Shown: positions 1-9,832 of the stretch, one piece after another
Position numbering within the stretch: position 1 is the stretch's first letter
How the letters are laid out: the number at the start of each line of letters is the position of its first letter
Source: Synechocystis sp. PCC 6803 substr. PCC-P
GTDB taxonomy: Bacteria; Cyanobacteriota; Cyanobacteriia; Cyanobacteriales; Microcystaceae
DNA length: 32,000 nucleotides
Direction: 5' to 3'
NCBI RefSeq assembly: GCF_000284455.1
Contig: NC_017039.1
Location: forward strand, 3,420,001-3,452,000
Program-made: the position numbers and the translations under genes
Notes under the pieces: model-generated
What the model saw: only the letters and a program-made list of their open reading frames with translations
What the model was told of the DNA's origin: nothing
Database searches by the model: none

Positions 1-1025
1 TCTGTGCGGTGTTGCCCAATGCCACCACCGTTATGTTGTTAGCGCCCTTAATTCCCCCCTTAGCCCAGGAAATTGGTGTAGATTTTGTGCCTATCTTGAT
101 TCTGATGGTCTTTGTAGCTAACAGTGCTGGGTTATTAACATTGGTGGGGGATCCCGCCACCTTTATTGTCGGTGATGCCATTAATATTAGTTTTAATGAT
201 TATTTATTTAAGCTCAGCTTCATGGGAGTTTTAGCCATTGTTAGCATTGTGGTTATTACTCCTTTTTTGTTCCGACATATTTGGCGCAGTCGTTTCACTC
301 ATTTAGAGGATTTACCCCATCCTCAAATCAACCACCCGAAGGTATTAATGGCGGGGGGGGTTATTATCACTTTAGTGCTGATTTTTTTCGTTATTGGAGA
401 AAGTCTGCCCGTTCCTATTCCGCCGGCCTCAGTAGCTTTGATGGGAGCTTGTTTGGCATTACTCCTCGCTAGCCAGAGCAAAATTGACACTGTCCATAAT
501 ATTTTACGGGACGTGGATTGGAGCACTCTCATCTTTTTTATGTCTATCTTTGTCATTATTGGCTCTTTAGAAAAAACCGGAGTGACCGCGTCCCTTGCCC
601 AACTTTTGGCAGTGGTGGTGGGACAAAATATCGCCTTTGGGGCGATTGTTTTAGTATTTACAGTGGGGTTGTTATCCAGTGTGGTGCCCAATATTCCCCT
701 AGTAGTGGCCATGGTGCCCCTGCTCAAGCAATATGTGGTCAATATCGGCTTTGCCGGACCAGAAATATTGGGTGCAAACTTTGATGGACAATTGCCGGCG
801 GAGGTATTGCCTTTGTTTTATGCCATGATGTTTGGCGCTACCCTGGGGGGCAATGGCACTTTGGTGGGAGCTTCTTCTAATATTGTGGCGGCGGGCATTT
901 CCGAACAACACGGCCGACCAATTTCTTTCCATCGTTTTCTCCGCTATGGTTTGCCGGTGATGGCGGTGCAGTTGGTGGTAGCGGCTTTATTTGTGGCTTG
1001 GTTAATGTTTACCCAACAGGGTTAA
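1..1025 (+). CDS. Polytopic membrane transporter of the ArsB/NhaD (P protein, SLC13-like) superfamily, 3' part; open at the left window edge
   Basis: Frame is open upstream of the listed GTG at 9. Multiple hydrophobic segments; 'NATTVMLLAPLIPPLAQEIG', 'LVGDPATFIVGDAINISFNDYLF', 'PNIPLVVAMVPLLKQY' and 'GGNGTLVGASSNIVAAG' are typical of this family. Confidence 0.88.
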   Translation, partial: CAVLPNATTVMLLAPLIPPLAQEIGVDFVPILILMVFVANSAGLLTLVGDPATFIVGDAINISFNDYLFKLSFMGVLAIVSIVVITPFLFRHIWRSRFTHLEDLPHPQINHPKVLMAGGVIITLVLIFFVIGESLPVPIPPASVALMGACLALLLASQSKIDTVHNILRDVDWSTLIFFMSIFVIIGSLEKTGVTASLAQLLAVVVGQNIAFGAIVLVFTVGLLSSVVPNIPLVVAMVPLLKQYVVNIGFAGPEILGANFDGQLPAEVLPLFYAMMFGATLGGNGTLVGASSNIVAAGISEQHGRPISFHRFLRYGLPVMAVQLVVAALFVAWLMFTQQG

Positions 1026-1037
1026 AAATAAGAAAGC

Positions 1038-1292
1038 TTAATTGGACTTTGCCTGGGAATTGGGTGAATGATCTAGCTCCATGGCGATCGCCTGACGCAC
1101 CAAACGGGGATAGGCCAGGAGAAAGTACCACCACCAGAGGGCAATGGCAGCGGCCACAGGTAAGGACAACCACCATCGGTGGAACAGCAACCAACTAGAG
1201 GCAATAATTACTGACCCAGTGAGCAAAATTGTCCAAGGCTGACACCAACGGGGCTTATCTGACCAAACGTTATAACCTTCAGGATTACTCAT
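1038..1292 (-). CDS. Small conserved cyanobacterial-type membrane protein (84 aa)
   Basis: Two hydrophobic segments (WTILLTGSVIIASSWLLF; LSLPVAAAIALWWWYFLLAYP); starts 18 bp after the methyltransferase stop on the same strand. Confidence 0.65.
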   Translation of the reverse strand: MSNPEGYNVWSDKPRWCQPWTILLTGSVIIASSWLLFHRWWLSLPVAAAIALWWWYFLLAYPRLVRQAIAMELDHSPNSQAKSN

Positions 1293-1310
1293 GTTTTTTT
1301 TCGATTAATT

Positions 1311-2168
1311 TTAATAATTTTTGATCATTAACTCTTTACCTTTGGAAGCTTTGTCTTGTTTGTAATTGTTCATCCCATATTGTAAATCCCATTCAATAAT
1401 CTGGGCAAAACTAAATAATTTTCTGATTTCCTCGGAATCATCATAGGTAATCAGCCATTTATGAGAACAATTTTCCATCACTTCAGCAAATCTTTGATGA
1501 CCAAAAGAAGTGTGTAAATCCCCCTTTTTACCATAGAGTTTCGATTTAGTCGCGCTCAGATAGGGAGGATCAAGAAAAATAAACACGTTCTCTCCTGGCT
1601 GTTCAATTAATTGTTGATAATCCCCATTGGTAACAGTCGTATTAGCTAACATTGTTCCCAGAGTTTTTAATCTATCAATGGAAGAATCGGTAAAACGTTT
1701 TTCAAACGCCTGTTGAGAATAGCCTCCAGATTCCACCGTGCCAGAAAAAGTAATGCGATTCAGCACAAAAAAACGCACTGCCCGCTGGAATTCGTCCAAC
1801 TCTAACCCTTCTTTTGTTAAGTTGGCAAAAAGTTCTCTCCCGTCGGTTTGGTGTTGTTTAATTACTGTGACTGCATCAGTTAGCCGTTCAATTTCCTCCT
1901 GGGCGTATTTCCAGAAACAATATAAATCAAAATTTAAGTCGTTAATCCAATACTTATTAATGTGCTGACCAAAAATTTGCTTGATGGCTAAAAAGACAGA
2001 GCCTCCACCGATAAAAGGTTCCCGATACTCTTTGATTTGAGTAGGAACATGGGGCAAAATTTGTCTCAGGGCTTTGGATTTTCCGCCGGGATAACGGAGA
2101 GGACTTTTAACTTGGTCCCCTTTGGGCGCAGAATTTGCTGATTTATTTATTTCCCCGGTTTCCTCCAT
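1311..2168 (-). CDS. DNA methyltransferase of the D12/Dam structural class; probable orthologue of sll0729 (M.Ssp6803II)
   Basis: N-terminal SAM-binding motif 'SPLRYPGGKSKALRQI', 'YREPFIGGGSVF', catalytic 'DPPY'. The orthologue assignment is from memory and gene order next to accA. Confidence 0.9.
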   Translation of the reverse strand: MEETGEINKSANSAPKGDQVKSPLRYPGGKSKALRQILPHVPTQIKEYREPFIGGGSVFLAIKQIFGQHINKYWINDLNFDLYCFWKYAQEEIERLTDAVTVIKQHQTDGRELFANLTKEGLELDEFQRAVRFFVLNRITFSGTVESGGYSQQAFEKRFTDSSIDRLKTLGTMLANTTVTNGDYQQLIEQPGENVFIFLDPPYLSATKSKLYGKKGDLHTSFGHQRFAEVMENCSHKWLITYDDSEEIRKLFSFAQIIEWDLQYGMNNYKQDKASKGKELMIKNY

Positions 2169-2181
2169 AGTTCTATTCGTC

Positions 2182-3162
2182 TTACACCGCCGTTTCTAAA
2201 AATTGACCCAAATGCCGGAATTTGTCGTACCGCAATTGTTTGCGTTCCTGGGGAGTTAATTGAGCCAAGGTATTGAGATGGAACAATAAAGCTTCCTTCA
2301 ACTTAGCAGCGGCTCCCAATGGATTGGCGTGGGCGGCCCCCTTCGGCTCGGGAATAATCCCATCAATGATTTGTAACTTCGCTAAATCATCGGCGGTAAT
2401 TTTCAAGGCGATCGCCGCTTTGTCGGACTTTTTCGCATCCTTCCAAAGAATAGCCGCACAGGCCTCTGGAGTAGCCACGGTGTACACCGCATTTTCCAGC
2501 ATCAATACCCGATCGCCAACGCCAATACCCAATGCACCCCCGGAGCCCCCCTCCCCGATCACTGTGCAGAGAATGGGGACATCTAACCGAAACATTTCCC
2601 GCAAATTAACGGCGATCGCCTCCCCTTGGCCCAACTTTTCTGCATCGATGCCGGCCCAAGCTCCAGGGGTATCAATAAAAGTAATAATAGGCATACCAAA
2701 ACGATCAGCGTGTTCCATCAACCGCAGAGCCTTCCGGTAACCATTGGGGGCCGCCATACCAAAATTGCGAGCCACATTATCCTTGGTATCCCTTCCCTTT
2801 TGATGGCCCATAATCACCACAGGTCGAGTCCCCAAGCGGGCCACTCCCCCCACCAAAGCCGGATCGTCATAACCTCCTCGATCGCCGTGCATTTCAAACC
2901 AATCATCCGCAATGGCTTGGATATAATCCAACGTACTAGGACGGCGGGGATGGCGGGCCAACTGTAACCGCTGGGAAGGATTGAGATTGCTAAAAATTTC
3001 CTGACGCAACTGTTCAGCCCGACTTTCTAGTTGACTGAGCTGTTCGGACACGTCCACATTTTTTTCCTCGGCTAGTTCCCGGATTTGATTGATTTTTTCC
3101 TCTAGCTCATAGAGGGGCTTTTCAAAATCCAGCAGAAAAACACGACGCTCACTTTTACTCAT
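2182..3162 (-). CDS. accA: Acetyl-CoA carboxylase carboxyltransferase subunit alpha
   Basis: '[21 protein letters not shown]', '[14 protein letters not shown]', '[52 protein letters not shown]' and '[16 protein letters not shown]'. Confidence 0.98.
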   Translation of the reverse strand: MSKSERRVFLLDFEKPLYELEEKINQIRELAEEKNVDVSEQLSQLESRAEQLRQEIFSNLNPSQRLQLARHPRRPSTLDYIQAIADDWFEMHGDRGGYDDPALVGGVARLGTRPVVIMGHQKGRDTKDNVARNFGMAAPNGYRKALRLMEHADRFGMPIITFIDTPGAWAGIDAEKLGQGEAIAVNLREMFRLDVPILCTVIGEGGSGGALGIGVGDRVLMLENAVYTVATPEACAAILWKDAKKSDKAAIALKITADDLAKLQIIDGIIPEPKGAAHANPLGAAAKLKEALLFHLNTLAQLTPQERKQLRYDKFRHLGQFLETAV

Positions 3163-3174
3163 AACTAGGGATGG

Positions 3175-3230
3175 ATTAGCCGGGCTAAGGGTGAAGGATT
3201 TTTCCAGCGTATCAAAAAGCCGTGACTTTA
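3175..3230 (+). repeat. 56-bp direct repeat, copy 1 (upstream of accA)
   Basis: attagccgggctaagggtgaaggatttttccagcgtatcaaaaagccgtgacttta; 54/56 identical to 3938-3993 by hand alignment. Confidence 0.95.
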
Positions 3231-3417
3231 CCTAAATCGACCAGCATTGAAATTATTCTCAAGACGAGAAAAGACTACTTCGGTCATCACCGTGGTAGTC
3301 GTCGCATTTAGCAATGGTTAATTTGGCTCTATCTAGCACCACCCAGGGACAAATGAAAGACCCAATCGGAGCACGCTGCAGGGTATGCACAACCCATTTC
3401 TAGATTAACAAGGCATC

Positions 3418-3645
3418 TCAAAGCTGCCCAATAAATTCATTGACGGAAACTCTGGCTTGCTTGAGAACGCCACTTAAAGTACCCACCTTTAGTTCTCGAT
3501 GCAAAGGGACAACACAGCCAATATTTCCCTCAGTTGTTACTTTTTGCATCACCACATGGCTCCCCGTTTGTCGAACCACTTCAAATCCCAGTTTTTCAAG
3601 CACTCGAATTACTTCTCGACTAGAGATTCGCGGTAACTTAGGCAT
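3418..3645 (-). CDS. hicA: HicA-like type II toxin (YcfA/dsRBD-like mRNA interferase), 75 aa
   Basis: 'MPKLPRISSREVIRVLEKLGFEVVRQTGSHVVMQK...CVVPLHRELKVGTLSGVLKQARVSVNEF': HicA signature GF..vRq.GSH and catalytic His. Confidence 0.9.
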   Translation of the reverse strand: MPKLPRISSREVIRVLEKLGFEVVRQTGSHVVMQKVTTEGNIGCVVPLHRELKVGTLSGVLKQARVSVNEFIGQL

Positions 3646-3847
3646 AACTCACTTCAATACTCGTTACAAATCTAGGTGATGTTTCCGGCAGTGGGAATTC
3701 CTGAAGATAGAGTTGCGTTGCTTCTTGTAGTCCTGCTATGGCCTGTTCGATGGTTTCTCCCTGATCGACTGTGCCTACTTCTGGGCACTCCGCAATGTAC
3801 ATCTCCTCTTCCTTATAGATAATTGCGGTAAAAGTACGATTCTTCAT
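3638..3847 (-). CDS. hicB: HicB-like antitoxin, 69 aa
   Basis: 'FTAIIYKEEEMYIAECPEVGTVDQGETIEQAIAGLQEATQLYLQEF'; overlaps the downstream hicA by 8 bp. Confidence 0.88.
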   Translation of the reverse strand: MKNRTFTAIIYKEEEMYIAECPEVGTVDQGETIEQAIAGLQEATQLYLQEFPLPETSPRFVTSIEVSYA

Positions 3848-3937
3848 GCTGACTCTACCCTGATAATTTTTTTATAAACGTTATCATGATTTCCCCTTGG
3901 TGTTTCAGGGTCAACGGAGCAAGCCAAGTCCTTGCCA

Positions 3938-3993
3938 ATTAGCCGGGCTAAGGGTGATGGATTTTTCCAGCGTATCAAAAAGCTGTGACTTTA
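3938..3993 (+). repeat. 56-bp direct repeat, copy 2
   Basis: attagccgggctaagggtgatggatttttccagcgtatcaaaaagctgtgacttta. Confidence 0.95.
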
Positions 3994-4399
3994 ATGCCGT
4001 CGTTGAGCCAACCTACTGGAGGGAAACCCCCAGGCTGGCCATAAACCCCATCGCCCAGAAAGACTGGCTCAGCCTGGCTTGGCCCGTTGTCAATGCCATG
4101 TAAAACAGGGGGCGAACCGCACTAAAAAGTAAAGCTAAAGATAAACAAAAGATTAAGGTCAAAAGCGTGACATTGCCGGTATGCCATCCGTAAAATAGGG
4201 GAGATTGTATTTTTTGTTACGGTTATACGGTTTTTCCCCCTTCCCTTAGACAGATTTTGCCCCTAAATTGTTAAAGGTTTTTGCACCGGTCGTCAAAATT
4301 ACTACTATTTTGGGCTTTGTCCAGCCCCTAGCCTGCTCTGTTACCCCAGTTCCGTAGATATTGGCTTTTTATACACTGTCCATTTCCGGTTGAAGCACT

Positions 4400-4657
4400 A
4401 TGGTCATTTCCTCACCCCTCCACCAAGAAACAGTTTTTTCCCTCGAAGTCATTCGCTCCACCGCCAGTGAACTGGTCCGCCAAAATCGCCTCGATCGCCA
4501 GCAACCCATCTATACCCTTTGTCAATTCATCCCCGCCCGGCAGTGGCTAGCCGTAGAAAGGGAATTGGAAATGCACGATTACCTTTTGCGAGACCACATC
4601 ATCGATTTAATGAATTGTGAAGCTTGGGACTTTCAGGATCCAGACGGTTGTGCCTAG
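4400..4657 (+). CDS. Small conserved cyanobacterial protein, DUF4327-like (85 aa)
   Basis: 'FSLEVIRSTASELVRQNRLDRQQPIYTLCQFIPARQWLAVERELEMHDYLLRDHIIDLM' resembles the DUF4327 consensus as I recall it. Confidence 0.72.
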   Translation: MVISSPLHQETVFSLEVIRSTASELVRQNRLDRQQPIYTLCQFIPARQWLAVERELEMHDYLLRDHIIDLMNCEAWDFQDPDGCA

Positions 4658-5026
4658 GGAACAGGGTTTTTCTTGGTAAGGATGTCAAAAATGATTCTTG
4701 GGCTACCTTGGTTAGTCTGCCAAGACCTAAGTCGTACGTAAATTAATATACCGACGGGAGTCCCTCCCCCTGCCCGCTTGGGGCCAACCGCTTCAGCCCA
4801 AACAGTGTCACCATCCCATGGCGATCGCCACGGCTGAGCCGAGATGGGCAAATTTAGCTACTTTTTCGCCAAATCAAGTATTCTGGGGTGGCACTGGTGA
4901 TTGCCCCAATTCCCTAGGGGTTAACAATTGCGCTAAACTAACCTCAGCTATTATTTTTATTTCTAACTTCTATTCTATTTCTTAGCATTATCGCTAGTTA
5001 TTTTTATTTTTACGATTTAACTTTAT

Positions 5027-5584
5027 ATGTCAATTCATAGTGGTATTCCTTTCCGCAGGGATCGTTTGTCTATCTTTGTGGATGGGAATAATATGTTTTA
5101 TGCACAACAGAAAAATGGGTGGTTTTTTGACCCCAGAAGGGTATTATCTTTCTTCACTGAAGATCCATCTGTAAAACTCGTCAATGCATTTTGGTACACT
5201 GGTTTAAAAGATACCCAAGATCAAAGGGGTTTCCGTGATGCCCTTATAAGTTTAGGTTACACCGTCAGAACTAAAATTCTTAAGGAATATTATGACGACA
5301 TTTCCGGCAAATATTCCCAAAAAGCTAATCTAGATATTGAAATTGTGGTGGACATGTTTAACACCGTAGATCAATATGATCGGGTGGTTTTGTTCAGTGG
5401 TGACGGCGATTTTGAACGGGCGATCGAACTCTTAAGATCAAAAAGTACCCACATAACTGTAGTTTCCACCGAAGGCATGATTGCTAGGGAATTACGAAAT
5501 GCCACCGATCGTTATATTGATCTCAATGACATCAGGCCAGCCATTGAGAAACAGGATTTTTATAGCACTGAACAAACTGCCTAG
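5027..5584 (+). CDS. NYN-domain (LabA/DUF88, PIN-like) protein, 185 aa
   Basis: 'LSIFVDGNNMFYAQQ', 'KANLDIEIVVDMFNTVDQYDRVVLFSGDGDFERAIELL', 'VVSTEGMIARELRNATDRYIDLNDIR': the conserved acidic residues of the NYN fold are present. Confidence 0.88.
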   Translation: MSIHSGIPFRRDRLSIFVDGNNMFYAQQKNGWFFDPRRVLSFFTEDPSVKLVNAFWYTGLKDTQDQRGFRDALISLGYTVRTKILKEYYDDISGKYSQKANLDIEIVVDMFNTVDQYDRVVLFSGDGDFERAIELLRSKSTHITVVSTEGMIARELRNATDRYIDLNDIRPAIEKQDFYSTEQTA

Positions 5585-5605
5585 TAAAATAGACCAAGGA
5601 AAAAA

Positions 5606-5815
5606 ATGAACAAGCAAGAATTTTATGTTCTTATTGAAAGGGATGAAGATGGTATTTACATAGGTGAAGTCCCACAACTTAAAGCTTGCTACAGTCAGGG
5701 GGAGACCATTGATGAGCTTATGCAAAATATTCGTGAGGTTATCGAATTATGTCTTGAAGAGATTGAATTGGAATCTACTTCTGAGTTTATCGGCATCCAA
5801 AAAGTGGTGGTCTGA
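5606..5815 (+). CDS. hicB: HicB-like antitoxin, 69 aa
   Basis: 'FYVLIERDEDGIYIGEVPQLKACYSQGETIDELMQNIREVIELCLEE'; 21 nt downstream of the NYN gene and stop/start coupled (TGATG) to hicA. Confidence 0.88.
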   Translation: MNKQEFYVLIERDEDGIYIGEVPQLKACYSQGETIDELMQNIREVIELCLEEIELESTSEFIGIQKVVV

Positions 5816-6042
5816 TGGCAAAGCTTCCTACTGTAACAAGCACTCAGCTCATAGTCGTACTTCAAAAACTTGGTTTTAAAGTTATTAGACAAAAAGGAAG
5901 TCACGTTCGTCTAAAAGATCAAGATAATCGAGTAGTGACCATTCCTATCCATGGCGGTAAAACTATTGGAAAAGGTTTATTGTTGAAAATCATCAGAGAC
6001 GCTGAAATAACCAAGGAAGAATTAATTCGCTTATTAGATTAA
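5815..6042 (+). CDS. hicA: HicA-like toxin, 75 aa
   Basis: 'MAKLPTVTSTQLIVVLQKLGFKVIRQKGSHVRLKDQDNRVVTIPIHGGKTIGKGLLLKIIRDAEITKEEL'. Confidence 0.92.
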   Translation: MAKLPTVTSTQLIVVLQKLGFKVIRQKGSHVRLKDQDNRVVTIPIHGGKTIGKGLLLKIIRDAEITKEELIRLLD

Positions 6043-6104
6043 TTTCTAAATCTAGAAAATATAGCAAGAAGCGAGATAGTTAGAATAGCTCTCTTAGCCC
6101 GATT

Positions 6105-7853
6105 TTACTTGCGGTTAATAAGACAATTAAAGCGTTGATAGGGATAGCCAAAGATATTTTCTTTCGGACTTTGATCTATTTGGCAATCGGGAAAATCTAG
6201 GGGAGCAAAATAATTAACCAGCCATAAATCTACTGGTTGTTCCGCCTGTTTCAATAAATTCTGTAGCTGTTCTGTGGCAACGGGATCTTGTAATTTTTCC
6301 TGGGGTAAAAAAACAAATCTTAGTTGGGGTACCAACTCAGGAAAATGGCGTTGAGCTTCCCAGGCAATGCCCAACAATTCACCTACCTGCACCAAGCTTT
6401 TATGGGTGGTGACAATCCAACGGGTTTCGCTGACAGGGTTTTCTGACAAGAGAGTTAAAAATTTATCAGGTCGATAATATTTCCGGTAAGCCAAGTTATG
6501 GGTGACAGTAACAGCACTCAAAATGCCAATTAACAAAATTATCATTGGTAAATAGAGGTCCCGGCGACTTTTTTGCCACCAATTTAATTGCCGCCATTGA
6601 CTATTTGATGGACCTAAATCAGCACTGCGGTGGAAATTTACCTGGGGATTTTTCCCTAGACCCACGCCAGCTATTAACATTAGTAAACTCCAAAAGTTGA
6701 AACTATACCTTGCTCCCCTGGTGATATCTAAACCAGCTCCGTAACTAATGGTCAGATAAATAACTATCAAAAAAATAAACGTGGTTACTAAAACTATCAC
6801 TCTTGTGTCTTTTTCTGTCTTGATACCATACCCTAAACCCTGCCATATCACCGGAGTTAACCAAATAAAATAAGCCAGCATTCCCAGGCCTGATAACAGT
6901 ACAATCCAGAGATGTTCGGACTCTACAGGCAGGAGACAAAACATAGTTATGCCAGCGGCGGCTAATTGGGCTGGGGGGCCAATTAGCATATCCACCCAGG
7001 ACATATTGGTAAATTGAATCCATTCGGTCATGCCATGGCCAAATTCCCGTTGACTAATAATGACAATCCAACTCAGACCAGCGGAGGCGGTGCCTAGTAT
7101 GACAGGCGTAAGGGATTGTAACGCTGATAAAAAATTAATCCTTCCCTGACGGCTCCAAATCCCCAACCACAGTGCTAGGGCTAAACCTTGGGCGAGGATG
7201 GGCAAAACGGCAAAAAAATGGACTGAAATACCTAGGGAATTAGCCAATATCCAGATAATAACTAAGGAAAAAGGTAAGGGTTTATTTTTTAATAAAAAAT
7301 TTAAGCTTTTTAAGCAACAAGTAATGGAAATTAAGCCCCAAATAATAGCAAAAGTATAATGGCGAGCTTCTTGACTAATGAAGATTCCATAGGGGGAAAT
7401 TGCCATCAGTAGGGCAGTAAACTGAGCTAATTTTTCTTGGTCTTTCCCCCAGATCCATTTGGCACAGCCATAGCCTAAAGGTATGGCTATGGTACCAAAA
7501 ATAACCGGTAATGATCGCCCGATCGCCAAGGATAAATAGTTGCCGTCGGGGGGAAATAATCGATACCAAAGATGGGCTAGGACAAAATAAAAGGGGGGAT
7601 GGTTATCGCCGTTTAATAAACCATTAATGACGGTATTTGGTTCTGATTGGGGTAGGGGTTGCAGAATGGTTAGGAGATCGGCAACGGTTAACACTTTGCC
7701 CAAGGGTATGCTCTCAAAAGAGTTGCCTAGGCTAAAGACCAAGGTGGCAAATTCATCGGTCCAAGGGGGTTTACTGGCCAAATTCCAACTGCGTAGCCCA
7801 GCGGCGATCACCATCCAAAGTAAAAGTAATAAAAAAGACCGTGGCATAGGCAA
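6105..7853 (-). CDS. Polytopic membrane glycosyltransferase-like protein (GT39/ArnT-like)
   Basis: 'LRSWNLASKPPWTDEFATL' (aspartate-containing first loop), 'NGDNHPPFYFVLAHLWYRLFP', many transmembrane segments. Confidence 0.75.
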   Translation of the reverse strand: MPMPRSFLLLLLWMVIAAGLRSWNLASKPPWTDEFATLVFSLGNSFESIPLGKVLTVADLLTILQPLPQSEPNTVINGLLNGDNHPPFYFVLAHLWYRLFPPDGNYLSLAIGRSLPVIFGTIAIPLGYGCAKWIWGKDQEKLAQFTALLMAISPYGIFISQEARHYTFAIIWGLISITCCLKSLNFLLKNKPLPFSLVIIWILANSLGISVHFFAVLPILAQGLALALWLGIWSRQGRINFLSALQSLTPVILGTASAGLSWIVIISQREFGHGMTEWIQFTNMSWVDMLIGPPAQLAAAGITMFCLLPVESEHLWIVLLSGLGMLAYFIWLTPVIWQGLGYGIKTEKDTRVIVLVTTFIFLIVIYLTISYGAGLDITRGARYSFNFWSLLMLIAGVGLGKNPQVNFHRSADLGPSNSQWRQLNWWQKSRRDLYLPMIILLIGILSAVTVTHNLAYRKYYRPDKFLTLLSENPVSETRWIVTTHKSLVQVGELLGIAWEAQRHFPELVPQLRFVFLPQEKLQDPVATEQLQNLLKQAEQPVDLWLVNYFAPLDFPDCQIDQSPKENIFGYPYQRFNCLINRK

Positions 7854-7960
7854 TTAACACAGGGGCAAAGACAGGGATTTTCCCCAACAGACGGACAATC
7901 CCCCCAGCGTTTAAGTTACCGGGGGGAAGGGGGAATTAGACGGAACATTGACCGGGTCGA

Positions 7961-9679
7961 TTAGCCCAAAGCCGAGGTAACAATGGCTTCCGCCTCCGTG
8001 AAAATAGCCTGGAGATGGGCTTCGTCTTTGAAACTTTCGGCATAGATTTTGTAAACATTTTCCGTGCCGGAGGGCCGGGCCGCAAACCAACCTTCCGCAG
8101 TGGTCACCTTCAACCCACCGATCGCCGCTTGGTTGCCAGGGGCTTTGGTTAATTTAGCAGTAATGGCATCCCCAGCTAAGGAGGTAGCTGTAACGTCATC
8201 GGGGGACAGTTTTTTCAAGCGGTCTTTTTGGGCCGGAGTGGCGGGGGCATCAATGCGTTGGTAAATGGGATTACCTAACTTAGCGGTCAAATCCTGGTAA
8301 TGGAGGCCGGGATCTTTGCCGGTTTTAGCGGTGATTTCCGCCGCCAATAAATCCATAATGGTGCCATCTTTGTCGGTGGTCCAAACGGTGCCATTTTTTT
8401 TCAAAAACGAAGCCCCGGCACTTTCTTCACCCCCAAAGCCAAAGGAACCATCTAGCAAACCGCTGACAAACCATTTAAAGCCCACGGGCACTTCGTAAAC
8501 TTGGCGATTAATCATGGCCCCCACCCGGTCAATCATGCTGCTGCTGACTAGGGTTTTGCCGATCGCCGACAGCCCTGACCACTGTTGCCGCTGACTAAAC
8601 AAATACCAAATGGCCACGGAAAGAAAATGATTGGGATTCATCAAACCCACGCTGGGGGTGACAATGCCATGGCGATCGCCGTCGGTGTCGTTGCCAAAGG
8701 CAATGTCGTAATGGTCTTTGATTTTCACCAAACTGGCCATGGCGTAGGGGGAAGAACAATCCATGCGGATTTTGCCGTCCCAATCCAGGGTCATAAATTT
8801 AAACGTGGGATCTACCCCGGGATTAACCAAGCTGATGTTCAAATTGTATTTAGCGGCAATGGGTTCCCAATAGCCCACATTGGCTCCCCCCAGGGGGTCA
8901 ACTCCCAAGCGCAAGCCCGCTGAACGAATTACATCCAAGTCAATGATGTCCGCCAGACCGGCCACATAGGGAGTGACAAAATCATGGGCATGGGTGGTGG
9001 TGGCTTTTAATGCCTGCTCGTAATCCAGCCGTTTAACTGTTTTATTGCCATTTTTCAGCAACTCATTGGCCCGGTTCTGAATCCATTGGGTCGCTTCCGG
9101 TTCCGCCGGGCCACCGGAGGGGGGATTATATTTAAAGCCTCCATCAGTGGGGGGATTGTGGGAAGGGGTAATAATAATGCCGTCCGCTAAACCTTCTTTA
9201 CGTCCCTGGTTGTGGGTCAAAATGGCGTAGGATACCGCCGGAGTGGGGGTGAAACGGGTTAAATCCGTGGCGGTGGTTAAAAAAGTTTCTACTTGGTTAG
9301 CGGCCAACACTTCCAACGCCGTTTTCTGGGCTGGTTCCGACAGAGCATGGCTATCCATCCCCATATAAAGGGGCCCCGTAATGCCCTGGGCTTGGCGATA
9401 GTCCACCACTGCCTGGGTCACCGCCAAAATATGGGCTTCATTAAAAGTACCGTTGAGGGCAGAACCCCGATGGCCAGAGGTACCAAAGCTCACTAACTGG
9501 GCGGGATTTTCCGGGTCCGGTTGCTGACGGTAATAGTCGTCTAAAAGTTTGGCCACATCCAAAAGGCTGTCGGCGGGGGGATGCTGGCCGGCGAGGGGAT
9601 TAATTCTGCTTGTCATATACAAAAATTGTAAAAAATGGAGGGCGGCGATCAGGGGCTTAGACACCCAAATCCTAGCCAA
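7961..9679 (-). CDS. pgm: Phosphoglucomutase (alpha-D-glucose phosphate-specific); more likely start is ATG at 9616 ([10 protein letters not shown]...)
   Basis: '[32 protein letters not shown]', '[24 protein letters not shown]', '[13 protein letters not shown]', '[12 protein letters not shown]', '[16 protein letters not shown]'. Confidence 0.97.
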   Translation of the reverse strand: MARIWVSKPLIAALHFLQFLYMTSRINPLAGQHPPADSLLDVAKLLDDYYRQQPDPENPAQLVSFGTSGHRGSALNGTFNEAHILAVTQAVVDYRQAQGITGPLYMGMDSHALSEPAQKTALEVLAANQVETFLTTATDLTRFTPTPAVSYAILTHNQGRKEGLADGIIITPSHNPPTDGGFKYNPPSGGPAEPEATQWIQNRANELLKNGNKTVKRLDYEQALKATTTHAHDFVTPYVAGLADIIDLDVIRSAGLRLGVDPLGGANVGYWEPIAAKYNLNISLVNPGVDPTFKFMTLDWDGKIRMDCSSPYAMASLVKIKDHYDIAFGNDTDGDRHGIVTPSVGLMNPNHFLSVAIWYLFSQRQQWSGLSAIGKTLVSSSMIDRVGAMINRQVYEVPVGFKWFVSGLLDGSFGFGGEESAGASFLKKNGTVWTTDKDGTIMDLLAAEITAKTGKDPGLHYQDLTAKLGNPIYQRIDAPATPAQKDRLKKLSPDDVTATSLAGDAITAKLTKAPGNQAAIGGLKVTTAEGWFAARPSGTENVYKIYAESFKDEAHLQAIFTEAEAIVTSALG

Positions 9680-9832
9680 AAAGGGTTAACTAGCCAAGGG
9701 CTATCCATGGGCAAAGAGATAAAAGAAAAAGTCTCCAAATCCCTGGTCATAGAGAAAAAATTGCCAAAGTTACCCCAGGCCATACACGGCCCAGCGCCAA
9801 GATGGGGAGCACAAATTCAAACTTTGTAAACA

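Noticed and set aside
2273-2967. Plus-strand ORFs of 155 and 113 aa opposite accA
   Set aside because: They are shadow ORFs of a strongly conserved essential gene and carry no recognisable motif.
4654-4851. 65-aa minus-strand ORF (MPISAQPWRSPWDGDTVWAEAVGPKRAGGG...)
   Set aside because: Low-complexity composition resembling a translated intergenic element with a HIP1 core; no homology I can name and no strong ribosome-binding site.
7899-7926. TCCCCCC...GGGGGGA inverted repeat downstream of pgm as a terminator
   Set aside because: Short stem, long loop and no U-run; not confident enough to annotate.
7961-9679. Several plus-strand ORFs (66-112 aa) opposite pgm
   Set aside because: Antisense open frames caused by codon bias; pgm itself is unequivocal.
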